Shown here one piece after another: positions 14,121-26,900 of a stretch of 64,000 nucleotides of DNA. The notes below the pieces were generated by a model. The model worked only from the letters and a program-made list of their open reading frames with translations. It did no database searches and had not been told where the DNA came from. Source of the stretch: Eledone cirrhosa (taxonomy: Eukaryota); contig CAXHJY010000096.1 of the NCBI GenBank assembly GCA_964016885.1, positions 310,001-374,000 of the forward strand. Reading direction: 5' to 3'. The stretch's first letter is position 1, and every line of letters starts with the position of its first letter. The position numbers and the translations under genes were made by a program.

Positions 14121-15649
14121 GATAATTTGTAAAAAAAAATCAGGGGGAGATAATTTGTAAAAAAAAATCAGGGGAGATAATTTGTAAAAAAAATCAGGGG
14201 GAGATAATTTGTAAAAAAAAATCAGGGGAAGATAATTTGTAAAAAAAATCAAGCGGAGATAATTTGCAGCCGTCCAAGGGGAGATAATTTCCCGCCAGCC
14301 AAGGAGAGATAATATTTAAAAAAATCAGGCGGAGATAATTTGTAAAAAAAATCAGGGGGAGATAATTTGTAAAAAAAATCAGGGGGAGATAATTTCCAGC
14401 CGTCCAAGGGGAGATAATTTTCAGCCGTCCAAGGAGAGGTAATTTCTAGCCGTCCAAGGGGAGATAATTTCCAGCCGTCCAAGGGGAGATAATTTCCAGC
14501 CGTCCAAGGGGAGATAATTTCCAGCCGTCCAAGGAAACATATTTTCCAGCCGTCCAAGGAGAGGTAATTTCTAGCCGTCCAAGGGGAGATAAATTCCTGC
14601 CTCCAAGGGGAGATAATTTCCAGCCAGCCAAGGGGAGATAATTTGTAAAAAAATCAGGGGGAGATAATTTGTAAAAAAAATCAGGGGGAGATAATTTGTA
14701 AAAAAAAATCAGGGGGAGATAATTTGTAAAAAAAAATCAGGGGAGATAATTTGTAAAAAAAATCAGGGGGAGATAATTTGTAAAAAAAATCAAGGGGAGA
14801 TAATTTCCAGCCGTCCAAGGGGAGATAATTTTCAATTGTCCAAGGAGAGGTAATTTCTAGCCGTCCAAGGAGAGATAATTTCCAGCCGTCCAAGGGGAGA
14901 TAATTTCCAGCCGTCCAAGGGGAGATGATTTTTTAAAAAAAATCAGGCGGAGATAAGTTGTAAAAAAAAATCAGGGGGAGATAATTTGTAAAAAAAAATC
15001 AGGGGGAGATAATTTGTAAAAAAAAATCAGGGGGAGATAATTTGTAAAAAAAATCAAGGGGAGATAATTTCCAGCCGTCCAAGGGAAGATAATTTCCAGC
15101 CCTCCAAGGGGCTATAATTTCCAGCGTCCAAGGGGAGATAATTTCCAGCCAGCGAAGGGGAGATAATTTTTTTAAAAAAATCACTGGGATATTTGTAAAA
15201 AAAATCAGGGGGAGATAATTTGTAAAAAAAATCAAGGGGAGATAATTTCCAGCCGTCCAAAGAGAGATAATTTCCAGCCGTCCAAGGGGAGATAATTTCC
15301 CGCCAGCCAAGGAGAGATAATATTTAAAAAAATCAGGCGGAGATAATTTGTAAAAAAAATCAGGGGGAGATAATTTGTAAAAAAAATCAGGGGGAGATAA
15401 TTTGTAAAAAAAATCAGGGGGAGATAATTTGTAAAAAAAAAATCAGGGGGAGATAATTTGTAAAAAAATCAAGGGGAGATAATTTCCAGCCGTCCAAGGG
15501 GAGATAATTTTCAGCCGTCCAAGGAGAGGTAATTTCTAGCCGTCCAAGGGGAGATAATTTCCAGCCGTCCAAGGGGAGATAATTTCCAGTCGTCCAACGG
15601 GAGATAATTTAAAAAAAAAAATCAGGCGGAGATAATTTGTAAACAAAAA

Positions 15650-18600
15650 TCAGGGGGAGATAATTTGTAAAAAAAAATCAGGGGGAGATAATTTGTAAAA
15701 AAAAATCAGGGGGAGATAATTTGTAAAAAAAATCAAGGGGAGATAATTTCCAGCCGTCCAAGGGGAGGTAATATCTAGCCATCCAAGGGGAGATAATTTC
15801 CAGCCGTCCAAGGGGAGATAATTTCCAGCCGTCCAAGGGGAGATAATTTCCAGCCGTCCAAGGAGACATATTTTCCAGCCGTCCAAGGAGAGGTAATTTC
15901 TAGCCGTCCAAGGGGAGATAAATTCCAGCCTCCAAGGGGAGATAATTTCCAGCCAGCCAAGGGGAGATAATTTGTAAAAAAATCAGGGGGAGATAATTTG
16001 TAAAAAAAATCAGGGGGAGATAATTTGTAACAAAAAATCAGGGGGAGATAATTTGTAAAAAAAAATCAGGGGGAGATAATTTGTAAAAAAAATCAGGGGG
16101 AGATAATTTGTAAAGAAAATCAAGGGGAGTTAATTTCCAGCCGTCCAAGGGGAGATAATTTTCATCCGTCCAAGGATAGGTAATTTCTAGCCGTCCAAGG
16201 AGAGATAATTTCCAGCCGTCCAAGGGGAGATAATTTCCAGCCGTCCAAGGGGAGATAATTTTTTTAAAAAAATCAGGCGGAGACAAGTTGTAAAAAAAAT
16301 CAGGGGGAGATAATTTGTAAAAAAAAATCAGGGGGAGATAATTTGTAAAAAAAATCAAGAGAAGATAATTTCCAGCCGTCCAAGGGAAGATAATTTCCAG
16401 CCCTCCAAGGGGCTATAATTTCCAGCGTCCAAGGGGAGATAATTTCCAGCCAGCGAAGGGGAGATAATTTAAAAAAAAAATCAGTGGGAGATTTGTAAAA
16501 AAAATCAGGGGGAGATAATTTGTAAAAAAAATCAAGGGGAGATAATTTCCAGCCGTCCAAAGAGAGATAATTTCTAGCCGTCCAAGGGGAGATAATTTCC
16601 AGCCAAGGGGAGATAATTTCCAGCCGTCCAAGGGAAGATAATATTTAAAAAAATCAGGCGGAGATAATTTGTAAAAAAAATCAGGGGGAGATAATTTGTA
16701 AAAAAATCAGGGGGAGATAATTTGTAAAAGAAAAATCAGGGGAAGATAATTTGTAAAAAAAATCAGGGGGAGATAATGTGTAAAAAAAATCAGGGGTAGA
16801 TAATTTGTAAAAAAAAATCAGGGGGAGATAATTTGTAAAAAAAAATCAGGGGGAGATAATTTGTAAAAAAAATCAGGGGGAGATAATTTGTAAAAAAAAA
16901 TCAGGGGGAGATAATTTGTAAAAAAAATCAAGGGGAGATAATTTGCAGCCGTCCAAGGGGAGATAATTTTCAGCCGTCCAAGGAGAGATAATTTCTAGCC
17001 GTCCAAGGGGAGATAATTTCCAGCCGTCCAAGGGGAGATAATTTCCAGCCGTCCAAGGGGAGATAATTTTTTAAAAAAAATCAGGCGGAGATAATTTGTA
17101 TAAAAAAAATCAGGGGGAGATAATTTGTAAAAAAAAATCAGGGGGAGATAATTTGTAAAAAAAAATCAGGGGGAGATAATTTGTAAAAAAAATCAAGGGG
17201 AGATAATTTCCAGCCGTCCAAGGGAAGATAATTTCCAGCCGTCCAAGGGAAGATAATTTCCAGCCCTCCAAGGGGCTATAATTTCCAGCGTCCAAGGGGA
17301 GATAATTTTTTTTTTAAAAATCAGGGGGAGATAATTTGTAAAAAAAATCAGGGGGAGATAATTTGTAAAAAAAATCAAGGGGAGATAATTTCCAGCCGTC
17401 CAAAGAGAGATAATTTCTAGCCGTCCAAGGGGAGATAATTTCCAGCCAAGGGGAGATAATTTCCAGCCGTCCAAGGGGAGATAATTTTTAAAAAAATCAG
17501 GTGGAGATAATTTGTAAAAATAATCAGGGGAAGATAATTTGTAAAAACAAAATCAAGGGCAGATAATTTCCAGCCGTCCAAGGGGAGATAATTTCCAGCA
17601 GTGCAAGGGGAGATAATTTCCAGCCGTCCAAGGGGAGATAATTTCCAACCTTCCAAGGGGAGATAATTTCCAGCCGTCCAAGGATAGATAATTTCCCGCC
17701 AGCCAAGGAGAGATAATATTTAAAAAAATCAGGCGGAGATAATTTGTAAATAAAATCAGGGGGAGATAATTTGTAAAAAAAATCAGGGGGAGATAATTTG
17801 TAAAAAAAAATCAGGGGTAGATAATTTGTAAAAAAAAATCAGGGGGAGATAATTTGTAAAAAAAAAATCAGGGGGAGATAATTTGTAAAAAAATCAAGGG
17901 GAGATAATTTCCAGCCGTTCAAGGGGAGATAATTTTCAGCCGTCCAAGGAGAGGTAATTTCTAGCCGTCCAAGGGGAGATAATTTCCAGCCGTCCAAGGG
18001 GAGATAATTTAAAAAAAAAAATCAGGCGGAGATAATTTGTAAACAAAAATCAGGGGGAGATAATTTGTAAAAAGAAATCAGGGGGAGATAACTTGTAAAA
18101 AAAATCAGGGGGAGATAATTTGTAAAAAAAATCAAGGGGAGATAATTTCCAGCCGTCCAAGGGGAGGTAATATCTAGCCATCCAAGGGGAGATAATTTCC
18201 AGCCGTCCAAGGGGAGATAATTTCCAGCCGTCCAAGGGGAGATAATTTCCAGCGGTCCAAGGAGACATATTTTCCAGCCGTCCAAGGAGAGGTAATTTCT
18301 AGCCGTCCAAGGGGAGATAAATTCCAGCCTCCAAGGGGAGATAATTTCCAGCCAGCCAAGGGGAGATAATTTGTAAAAAAATCAGGGGGAGATAATTTGT
18401 AAAAAAAATCAGGGGGAGATAATTTGTAAAAAAAAATCAGGGGGAGATAATTTGTAAAAAAAATCAAGGGGAGATAATTTCCAGACGTCCAAGGGGAGAT
18501 AATTTTCAGCCGTCCAAGGAGAGGTAATTTCTAGCCGTCCAAGGAGAGATAATTTCCAGCCGTCCAAGGGGAGATAATTTCCAGCCGTCCAAGGGGAGAT

Positions 18601-19092
18601 AATTTTTAAAAAAAAATCAGGCGGAGATAAGTTGTAAAAAAAAATCAGGGGGAGATAATTTGTAAAAAAAAATCAGGGGGAGATAATTTGTAAAAAAAAA
18701 TCAGGGGGAGATAATTTGTAAAAAAAATCAAGGGGAGATAATTTCCAGCCGTCCAAGGGAAGATAATTTCCAGCCGTCCAAGGGGAGATAATTTCTAGCC
18801 GTCCAAGGGGAGATAATTTTTAAAAAAAAATCAGGCGGAGATAAGTTGTAAAAAAAATCAGGGGGAGATAATTTGTAAAAAAAAATCAGGGGGAGATAAT
18901 TTGTAAAAAAATCAAGGGGAGATAATTTCCAGCCGTCCAAGGGGAGATAATTTTCAGCCGTCCAAGGAGAGGTAATTTCTAGCCGTCCAAGGGGAGATAA
19001 TTTCCAGCCGTCCAAGGGGAGATAATTTCCAGCCGTCTAAGGGGAGATAATATTTTTAAAAAAATCAGGCGGAGATAATTTGTAAACAAAAA
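15650..19092 (+). repeat. Representative copy of the ~3.3-3.5 kb higher-order repeat cycle
   Basis: The same ordered series of variant B-runs recurs, with equivalent points at 15650->19093 (3443), 39690->43188 (3498) and 54770->58114 (3344). Confidence 0.75.
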
Positions 19093-20989
19093 TCAGGGGG
19101 AGATAATTTGTAAAAAAAAATCAGGGGGAGATAATTTGTAAAAAAAAATCAGGGGGAGATAATTTGTAAAAAAAATCAAGGGGAGATAATTTCCAGCCGT
19201 CCAAGGGGAGGTAATATCTAGCCATCCAAGGGGAGATAATTTCCAGCCGTCCAAGGGGAGATAATTTCCAGCCGTCCAAGCGGAGATAATTTCCAGCCGT
19301 CCAAGGAGACATATTTTCCAGCCGTCCAAGGAGAGGTAATTTCTAGCCGTCCAAGGGGAGATAAATTCCAGCCTCCAAGGGGAGATAATTTCCAGCCAGC
19401 CAAGGGGAGATAATTTGTAAAAAAAATCAGGGGGAGATAATTTGTAAAAAAAAATCAGGGGGAGATAATTTGTAAAAAAAAATCAGGGGGAGATAATTTG
19501 TAAAAAAAATCAGGGGGAGATAATTTGTAAAAAAAATCAAGGGGAGTTAATTTCCAGCCGTCCAAGGGGAGATAATTTTCATCCGTCCAAGGATAGGTAA
19601 TTTCTAGCCGTCCAAGGAGAGATAATTTCCAGCCGTCCAAGGGGAGATAATTTCCAGCCGTCCAAGGGGAGATAATTTTTTTAAAAAAATCAGGGGGAGA
19701 TAAGTTGTAAAAAAAAATCAGGGGGAGATAATTTGTAAAACAAAATCAGGGGGAGATAATTTGTAAAAAAAAATCAGGGGGAGATAATTTGTAAAAAAAA
19801 TCAAGAGAAGATAATTTCCAGCCGTCCAAGGGAAGATAATTTCCAGCCCTCCAAGGGGCTATAATTTCCAGCGTCCAAGGGGAGATAATTTCCAGCCAGC
19901 GAAGGGGAGATAATTTTTTTAAAAAAATCACTGGGAGATTTGTAAAAAAAATCAGGGGGACATAATTTGTAAAAAAAATCAAGGGGAGATAATTTCCAGC
20001 CGTCCAAAGAGAGATAATTTCTAGCCGTCCAAGGGGAGATAATTTCCAGCCAAGGGGAGATAATTTCCAGCCGTCCAAGGGAAGATAATATTTAAAAAAA
20101 TCAGGCGGAGATAATTTGTAAAAAAAATCAGGGGGAGATAATTTGTAAAAAAATCAGGGGGAGATAATTTGTAAAAGAAAAATCAGGGGGAGATAATTTG
20201 TAAAAAAAATCAGGGGGAGATAATTTGTAAAAAAATCAGGGGTAGATAATTTGTAAAAAAAAATCAGGGGGAGATAATTTGTAAAAAAAAATCAGGGGGA
20301 GATAATTTGTAAAAAAAATCAGGGGGAGATAATTTGTAAAAAAAAATCAGGGGGAGATAATTTGTAAAAAAAATCAAGGGGAGATAATTTGCAGCCGTCC
20401 AAGGGGAGATAATTTTCAGCCGTCCAAGGGGAGATAATTTCCAGCCGTCCAAGGGGAGATAATTTCCAGCCGTCCAAGGAGACATATTTTCCAGCCGTCC
20501 AAGGAGAGGTAATTTCTAGCCGTCCAAGGGGAGATAAATTCCAGCCTCCAAGGGGAGATAATTTTTTTTAAAAAATCAGGCGGAGATAATTTGTATAAAA
20601 AAAATCAGGGGGAGATAATTTGTAAAAAAAAATCAGGGGGAGATAATTTGTAAAAAAAAATCAGGGGGAGATAATTTGTAAAAAAAATCAAGGGGAGATA
20701 ATTTCCAGCCGTCCAAGGGAAGATAATTTCCAGCCGTCCAAGGGAAGATAATTTCCAGCCCTCCAAGGGGCTATAATTTCCAGCGTCCAAGGGGAGATAA
20801 TTTCCAGCCGTCCAAGGGGAGATAATTTTTAAAAAAATCAGGTGGAGATAATTTGTAAAAATAATCAGGGGAAGATAATTTGTAAAAACAAAATCAAGGG
20901 CAGATAATTTCCAGCCGTCCAAGGGGAGATAATTTCCAGCAGTGCAAGGGGAGATAATTTCCAGCCGTCCAAGGGGAGATAATTTCCAG

Positions 20990-23900
20990 CCGTCCAAGGA
21001 TAGATAATTTCCCGCCAGCCAAGGAGAGATAATATTTAAAAAAATCAGGCGGAGATAATTTGTAAAAAAAATCAGGGGGAGATAATTTGTAAAAAAAATC
21101 AGGGGGAGATAATTTGTAAAAAAAAATCAGGGGTAGATAATTTGTAAAAAAAAATCAGGGGGAGATAATTTGTAAAAAAAAAATCAGGGGGAGATAATTT
21201 GTAAAAAAATCAAGGGGAGATAATTTCCAGCCGTCCAAGGGGAGATAATTTTTTTAAAAAAATCAGGCGGAGATAATTTGTAAACAAAAATCAGGGGGAG
21301 ATAATTTGTAAAAAGAAATCAGGGGGAGATAACTTGTAAAAAAAATCAGGGGGAGATAATTTGTAAAAAAAATCAAGGGGAGATAATTTCCAGCCGTCCA
21401 AGGGGAGGTAATATCTAGCCATCCAAGGGGAGATAATTTCCAGCCGTCCAAGGGGAGATAATTTCCAGCCGTCCAAGGGGAGATAATTTCCAGCCGTCCA
21501 AGGAGACATATTTTCCAGCCGTCCAAGGAGAGGTAATTTCTAGCCGTCCAAGGGGAGATAAATTCCAGCCTCCAAGGGGAGATAATTTCCAGCCAGCCAA
21601 GGGGAGATAATTTGTAAAAAAATCAGGGGGAGATAATTTGTAAAAAAAATCAGGGGGAGATAATTTGTAAAAAAAAATCAGGGGGAGATAATTTGTAAAA
21701 AAAAATCAGGGGGAGATAATTTGTAAAAAAAATCAAGGGGAGATAATTTCCAGACGTCCAAGGGGAGATAATTTTCAGCCGTCCAAGGAGAGGTAATTTC
21801 TAGCCGTCCAAGGAGAGATAATTTCCAGCCGTCCAAGGGGAGATAATTTCCAGCCGTCCAAGGGGAGATAATTTTTAAAAAAAAATCAGGCGGAGATAAG
21901 TTGTAAAAAAAATCAGGGGGAGATAATTTGTAAAAAAAAATCAGGGGGAGATAATTTGTAAAAAAAAAGCAGGGGGAGATAATTTGTAAAAAAAATCAAG
22001 GGGAGATAATTTCCAGCCGTCCAAGGGAAGATAATTTCCAGCCGTCCAAGGGGAGATAATTTCTAGCCGTCCAAGGGGAGATAATTTTTAAAAAAAAATC
22101 AGGCGGAGATAAGTTGTAAAAAAAATCAGGGGGAGATAATTTGTAAAAAAAAATCAGGGGGAGATAATTTGTAAAAAAATCAAGGGGAGATAATTTCCAG
22201 CCGTCCAAGGGGAGATAATTTTCAGCCGTCCAAGGAGAGGTAATTTCTAGCCGTCCAAGGGGAGATAATTTCCAGCCGTCCAAGGGGAGATAATTTCCAG
22301 CCGTCTAAGGGGAGATAATATTTAAAAAAAAATCAGGCGGAGATAATTTGTAAACAAAAATCAGGGGGAGATAATTTGTAAAAAAAAATCAGGGGGAGAT
22401 AATTTGTAAAAAAAAATCAGGGGGAGATAATTTGTAAAAAAGGGGAGGTAATATCTAGCCATCCAAGGGGAGATAATTTCCAGCCGTCCAAGGGGAGATA
22501 ATTTCCAGCCGTCCAAGGGGAGATAATTTCCAGCCGTCCAAGGAGACATATTTTCCAGCCGTCCAAGGAGAGGTAATTTCTAGCCGTCCAAGGGGAGATA
22601 AATTCCAGCCTCCAAGGGGAGATAATTTCCAGCCAGCCAAGGGGAGATAATTTGTAAAAAAAATCAGGGGGAGATAATTTGTAAAAAAAAATCAGGGGGA
22701 GATAATTTGTAAAAAAAAATCAGGGGGAGATAATTTGTAAAAAAAATCAGGGGGAGATAATTTGTAAAAAAAATCAAGGGGAGTTAATTTCCAGCCGTCC
22801 AAGGGGAGATAATTTTCATCCGTCCAAGGATAGGTAATTTCTAGCCGTCCAAGGAGAGATAATTTCCAGCCGTCCAAGGGGAGATAATTTCCAGCCGTCC
22901 AAGGGGAGATAATTTTTTTTAAAAAATCAGGCGGAGATAAGTTGTAAAAAAAAATCAGGGGGAGATAATTTGTAAAACAAAATCAGGGGGAGATAATTTG
23001 TAAAAAAAAATCAGGGGGAGATAATTTGTAAAAAAAAATCAAGAGAAGATAATTTCCAGCCGTCCAAGGGAAGATAATTTCCAGCCCTCCAAGGGGCTAT
23101 AATTTCCAGCGTCCAAGGGGAGATAATTTCCAGCCAGCGAAGGGGAGATAATTTTTAAAAAAAAATCACTGGGAGATTTGTAAAAAAAATCAGGGGGAGA
23201 TAATTTGTAAAAAAAATCAAGGGGAGATAATTTCCAGCCGTCCAAAGAGAGATAATTTCTAGCCGTCCAAGGGGAGATAATTTCCAGCCAAGGGGAGATA
23301 ATTTCCAGCCGTCCAAGGGAAGATAATATTTAAAAAAATCAGACGGAGATAATTTGTAAAAAAAATCAGGGGGAGATAATTTGTAAAAAAATCAGGGGGA
23401 GATAATTTGTAAAAGAAAAATCAGGGGGAGATAATTTGTAAAAAAAATCAGGGGGAGATAATTTGTAAAAAAATCAGGGGTAGATAATTTGTAAAAAAAA
23501 ATCAGGGGGAGATAATTTGTAAAAAAAAATCAGGGGGAGATAATTTGTAAAAAAAATCAGGGGGAGATAATTTGTAAAAAAAAATCAGGGGGAGATAATT
23601 TGTAAAAAAAATCAAGGGGAGATAATTTGCAGCCGTCCAAGGGGAGATAATTTTCAGCCGTCCAGGGGGAGATAATTTCCAGCCGTCCAAGGGGAGATAA
23701 TTTCCAGCCGTCCAAGGAGACATATTTTCCAGCCGTCCAAGGAGAGGTAATTTCTAGCCGTCCAAGGGGAGATAAATTCCAGCCTCCAAGGGGAGATAAT
23801 TTCCAGCCAGCCAAGGGGAGATAATTTGTAAAAAAATCAGGGGGAGATAATTTGTAAAAAAAATCAGGGGGAGATAATTTGTAACAAAAAATCAGGGGGA

Positions 23901-26900
23901 GATAATTTGTAAAAAAAAATCAGGGGGAGATAATTTGTAAAAAAAATCAGGGGGAGATAATTTGTAAAGAAAATCAAGGGGAGTTAATTTCCAGCCGTCC
24001 AAGGGGAGATAATTTTCATCCGTCCAAGGATAGGTAATTTCTAGCCGTCCAAGGAGAGATAATTTCCAGCCGTCCAAGGGGAGATAATTTCCAGCCGTCC
24101 AAGGGGAGATAATTTTTTTAAAAAAATCAGGCGGAGATAAGTTGTAAAAAAAATCAGGGGGAGATAATTTGTAAAAAAAAATCAGGGGGAGATAATTTGT
24201 AAAAAAAAATCAGGGGGAGATAATTTGTAAAAAAAATCAAGAGAAGATAATTTCCAGCCGTCCAAGTGAAGATAATTTCCAGCCCTCCAAGGGGCTATAA
24301 TTTCCAGCGTCCAAGGGGAGATAATTTCCAGCCAGCGAAGGGGAGATAATTTTAAAAAAAAAATCAGTGGGAGATTTGTAAAAAAAATCAGGGAGAGATA
24401 ATTTGTAAAAAAAATCAAGGGGAGATAATTTCCAGCCGTCCAAAGAGAGATAATTTCTAGCCGTCCAAGAGGAGATAATTTCCAGCCAAGGGGAGATAAT
24501 TTCCAGCCGTCCAAGGGAAGATAATATTTAAAAAAATCAGGCGGAGATAATTTGTAAAAAAAATCAGGGGGAGATAATTTGTAAAAAAAATCAGGGGGAG
24601 ATAATTTGTAAAAAAAATCAGGGGTAGATAATTTGTAAAAAAAAATCAGGGGGAGATAATTTGTAAAAAAAAATCAGGGGGAGATAATTTGTAAAAAAAA
24701 TCAGGGGGAGATAATTTGTAAAAAAAAATCAGGGGGAGATAATTTGTAAAAAAAATCAAGGGGAGATAATTTGCAGCCGTCCAAGGGAAGATAATTTTCA
24801 GCCGTCCAAGGAGAGACAATTTCTAGCCGTCCAAGGGGAGATAATTTCCAGCCGTCCAAGGGGAGATAATTTCCAGCCGTCCAAGGGGAGATAATTTTTT
24901 TAAAAAAATCAGGCGGAGATAATTTGTATAAAAAAAATCAGGGGGAGATAATTTGTAAAAAAAAATCAGGGGGAGATAATTTGTAAAAAAAAATCAGGGG
25001 GAGATAATTTGTAAAAAAAATCAAGGGGAGATAATTTCCAGCCGTCCAAGGGAAGATAATTTCCAGCCGTCCAAGGGAAGATAATTTCCAGCCCTCCAAG
25101 GGGCTATAATTTCCAGCGTCCAAGGGGAGATAATTTCCAGCCGTCCAAGGGGAGATAATTTTTAAAAAAATCAGGTGGAGATAATTTGTAAAAATAATCA
25201 GGGGAAGATAATTTGTAAAAACAAAATCAAGGGCAGATAATTTCCAGCCGTCCAAGGGGAGATAATTTCCAGCAGTGCAAGGGGAGATAATTTCCAGCCG
25301 TCCAAGGGGAGATAATTTCCAACCTTCCAAGGGGAGATAATTTCCAGCCGTCCAAGGATAGATAATTTCCCGCCAGCCAAGGAGAGATAATATTTAAAAA
25401 AATCAGGCGGAGATAATTTGTAAAAAAAATCAGGGGGAGATAATTTGTAAAAAAAATCAGGGGGAGATAATTTGTAAAAAAAAATCAGGGGTAGATAATT
25501 TGTAAAAAAAAATCAGGGGGAGATAATTTGTAAAAAAAAAATCAGGGGGAGATAATTTGTAAAAAAATCAAGGGGAGATAATTTCCAGCCGTCCAAGGGG
25601 AGATAATTTTTTAAAAAAAATCAGGCGGAGATAATTTGTAAACAAAAATCAGGGGGAGATAATTTGTAAAAAGAAATCAGGGGGAGATAACTTGTAAAAA
25701 AAATCAGGGGGAGATAATTTGTAAAAAAAATCAAGGGGAGATAATTTCCAGCCGTCCAAGGGGAGGTAATATCTAGCCATCCAAGGGGAGATAATTTCCA
25801 GCCGTCCAAGGGGAGATAATTTCCAGCCGTCCAAGGGGAGATAATTTCCAGCCGTCCAAGGAGACATATTTTCCAGCCGTCCAAGGAGAGGTAATTTCTA
25901 GCCGTCCAAGGGGAGATAAATTCCAGCCTCCAAGGGGAGATAATTTCCAGCCAGCCAAGGGGAGATAATTTGTAAAAAAATCAGGGGGAGATAATTTGTA
26001 AAAAAAATCAGGGGGAGATAATTTGTAAAAAAAAATCAGGGGGAGATAATTTGTAAAAAAAAATCAGGGGGAGATAATTTGTAAAAAAAATCAAGGGGAG
26101 ATAATTTCCAGACGTCCAAGGGGAGATAATTTTCAGCCGTCCAAGGAGAGGTAATTTCTAGCCGTCCAAGGAGAGATAATTTCCAGCCGTCCAAGGGGAG
26201 ATAATTTCCAGCCGTCCAAGGGGAGATAATTTTTAAAAAAAAATCAGGCGGAGATAAGTTGTAAAAAAAATCAGGGGGAGATAATTTGTAAAAAAAAATC
26301 AGGGGGAGATAATTTGTAAAAAAAAAGCAGGGGGAGATAATTTGTAAAAAAAATCAAGGGGAGATAATTTCCAGCCGTCCAAGGGAAGATAATTTCCAGC
26401 CGTCCAAGGGGAGATAATTTCTAGCCGTCCAAGGGGAGATAATTTTTAAAAAAAAATCAGGCGGAGATAAGTTGTAAAAAAAATCAGGGGGAGATAATTT
26501 GTAAAAAAAAATCAGGGGGAGATAATTTGTAAAAAAATCAAGGGGAGATAATTTCCAGCCGTCCAAGGGGAGATAATTTTCAGCCGTCCAAGGAGAGGTA
26601 ATTTCTAGCCGTCCAAGGGGAGATAATTTCCAGCCGTCCAAGGGGAGATAATTTCCAGCCGTCTAAGGGGAGATAATATTTAAAAAAAAATCAGGCGGAG
26701 ATAATTTGTAAACAAAAATCAGGGGGAGATAATTTGTAAAAAAAAATCAGGGGGAGATAATTTGTAAAAAAAAATCAGGGGGAGATAATTTGTAAAAAAG
26801 GGGAGGTAATATCTAGCCATCCAAGGGGAGATAATTTCCAGCCGTCCAAGGGGAGATAATTTCCAGCCGTCCAAGGGGAGATAATTTCCAGCCGTCCAAG

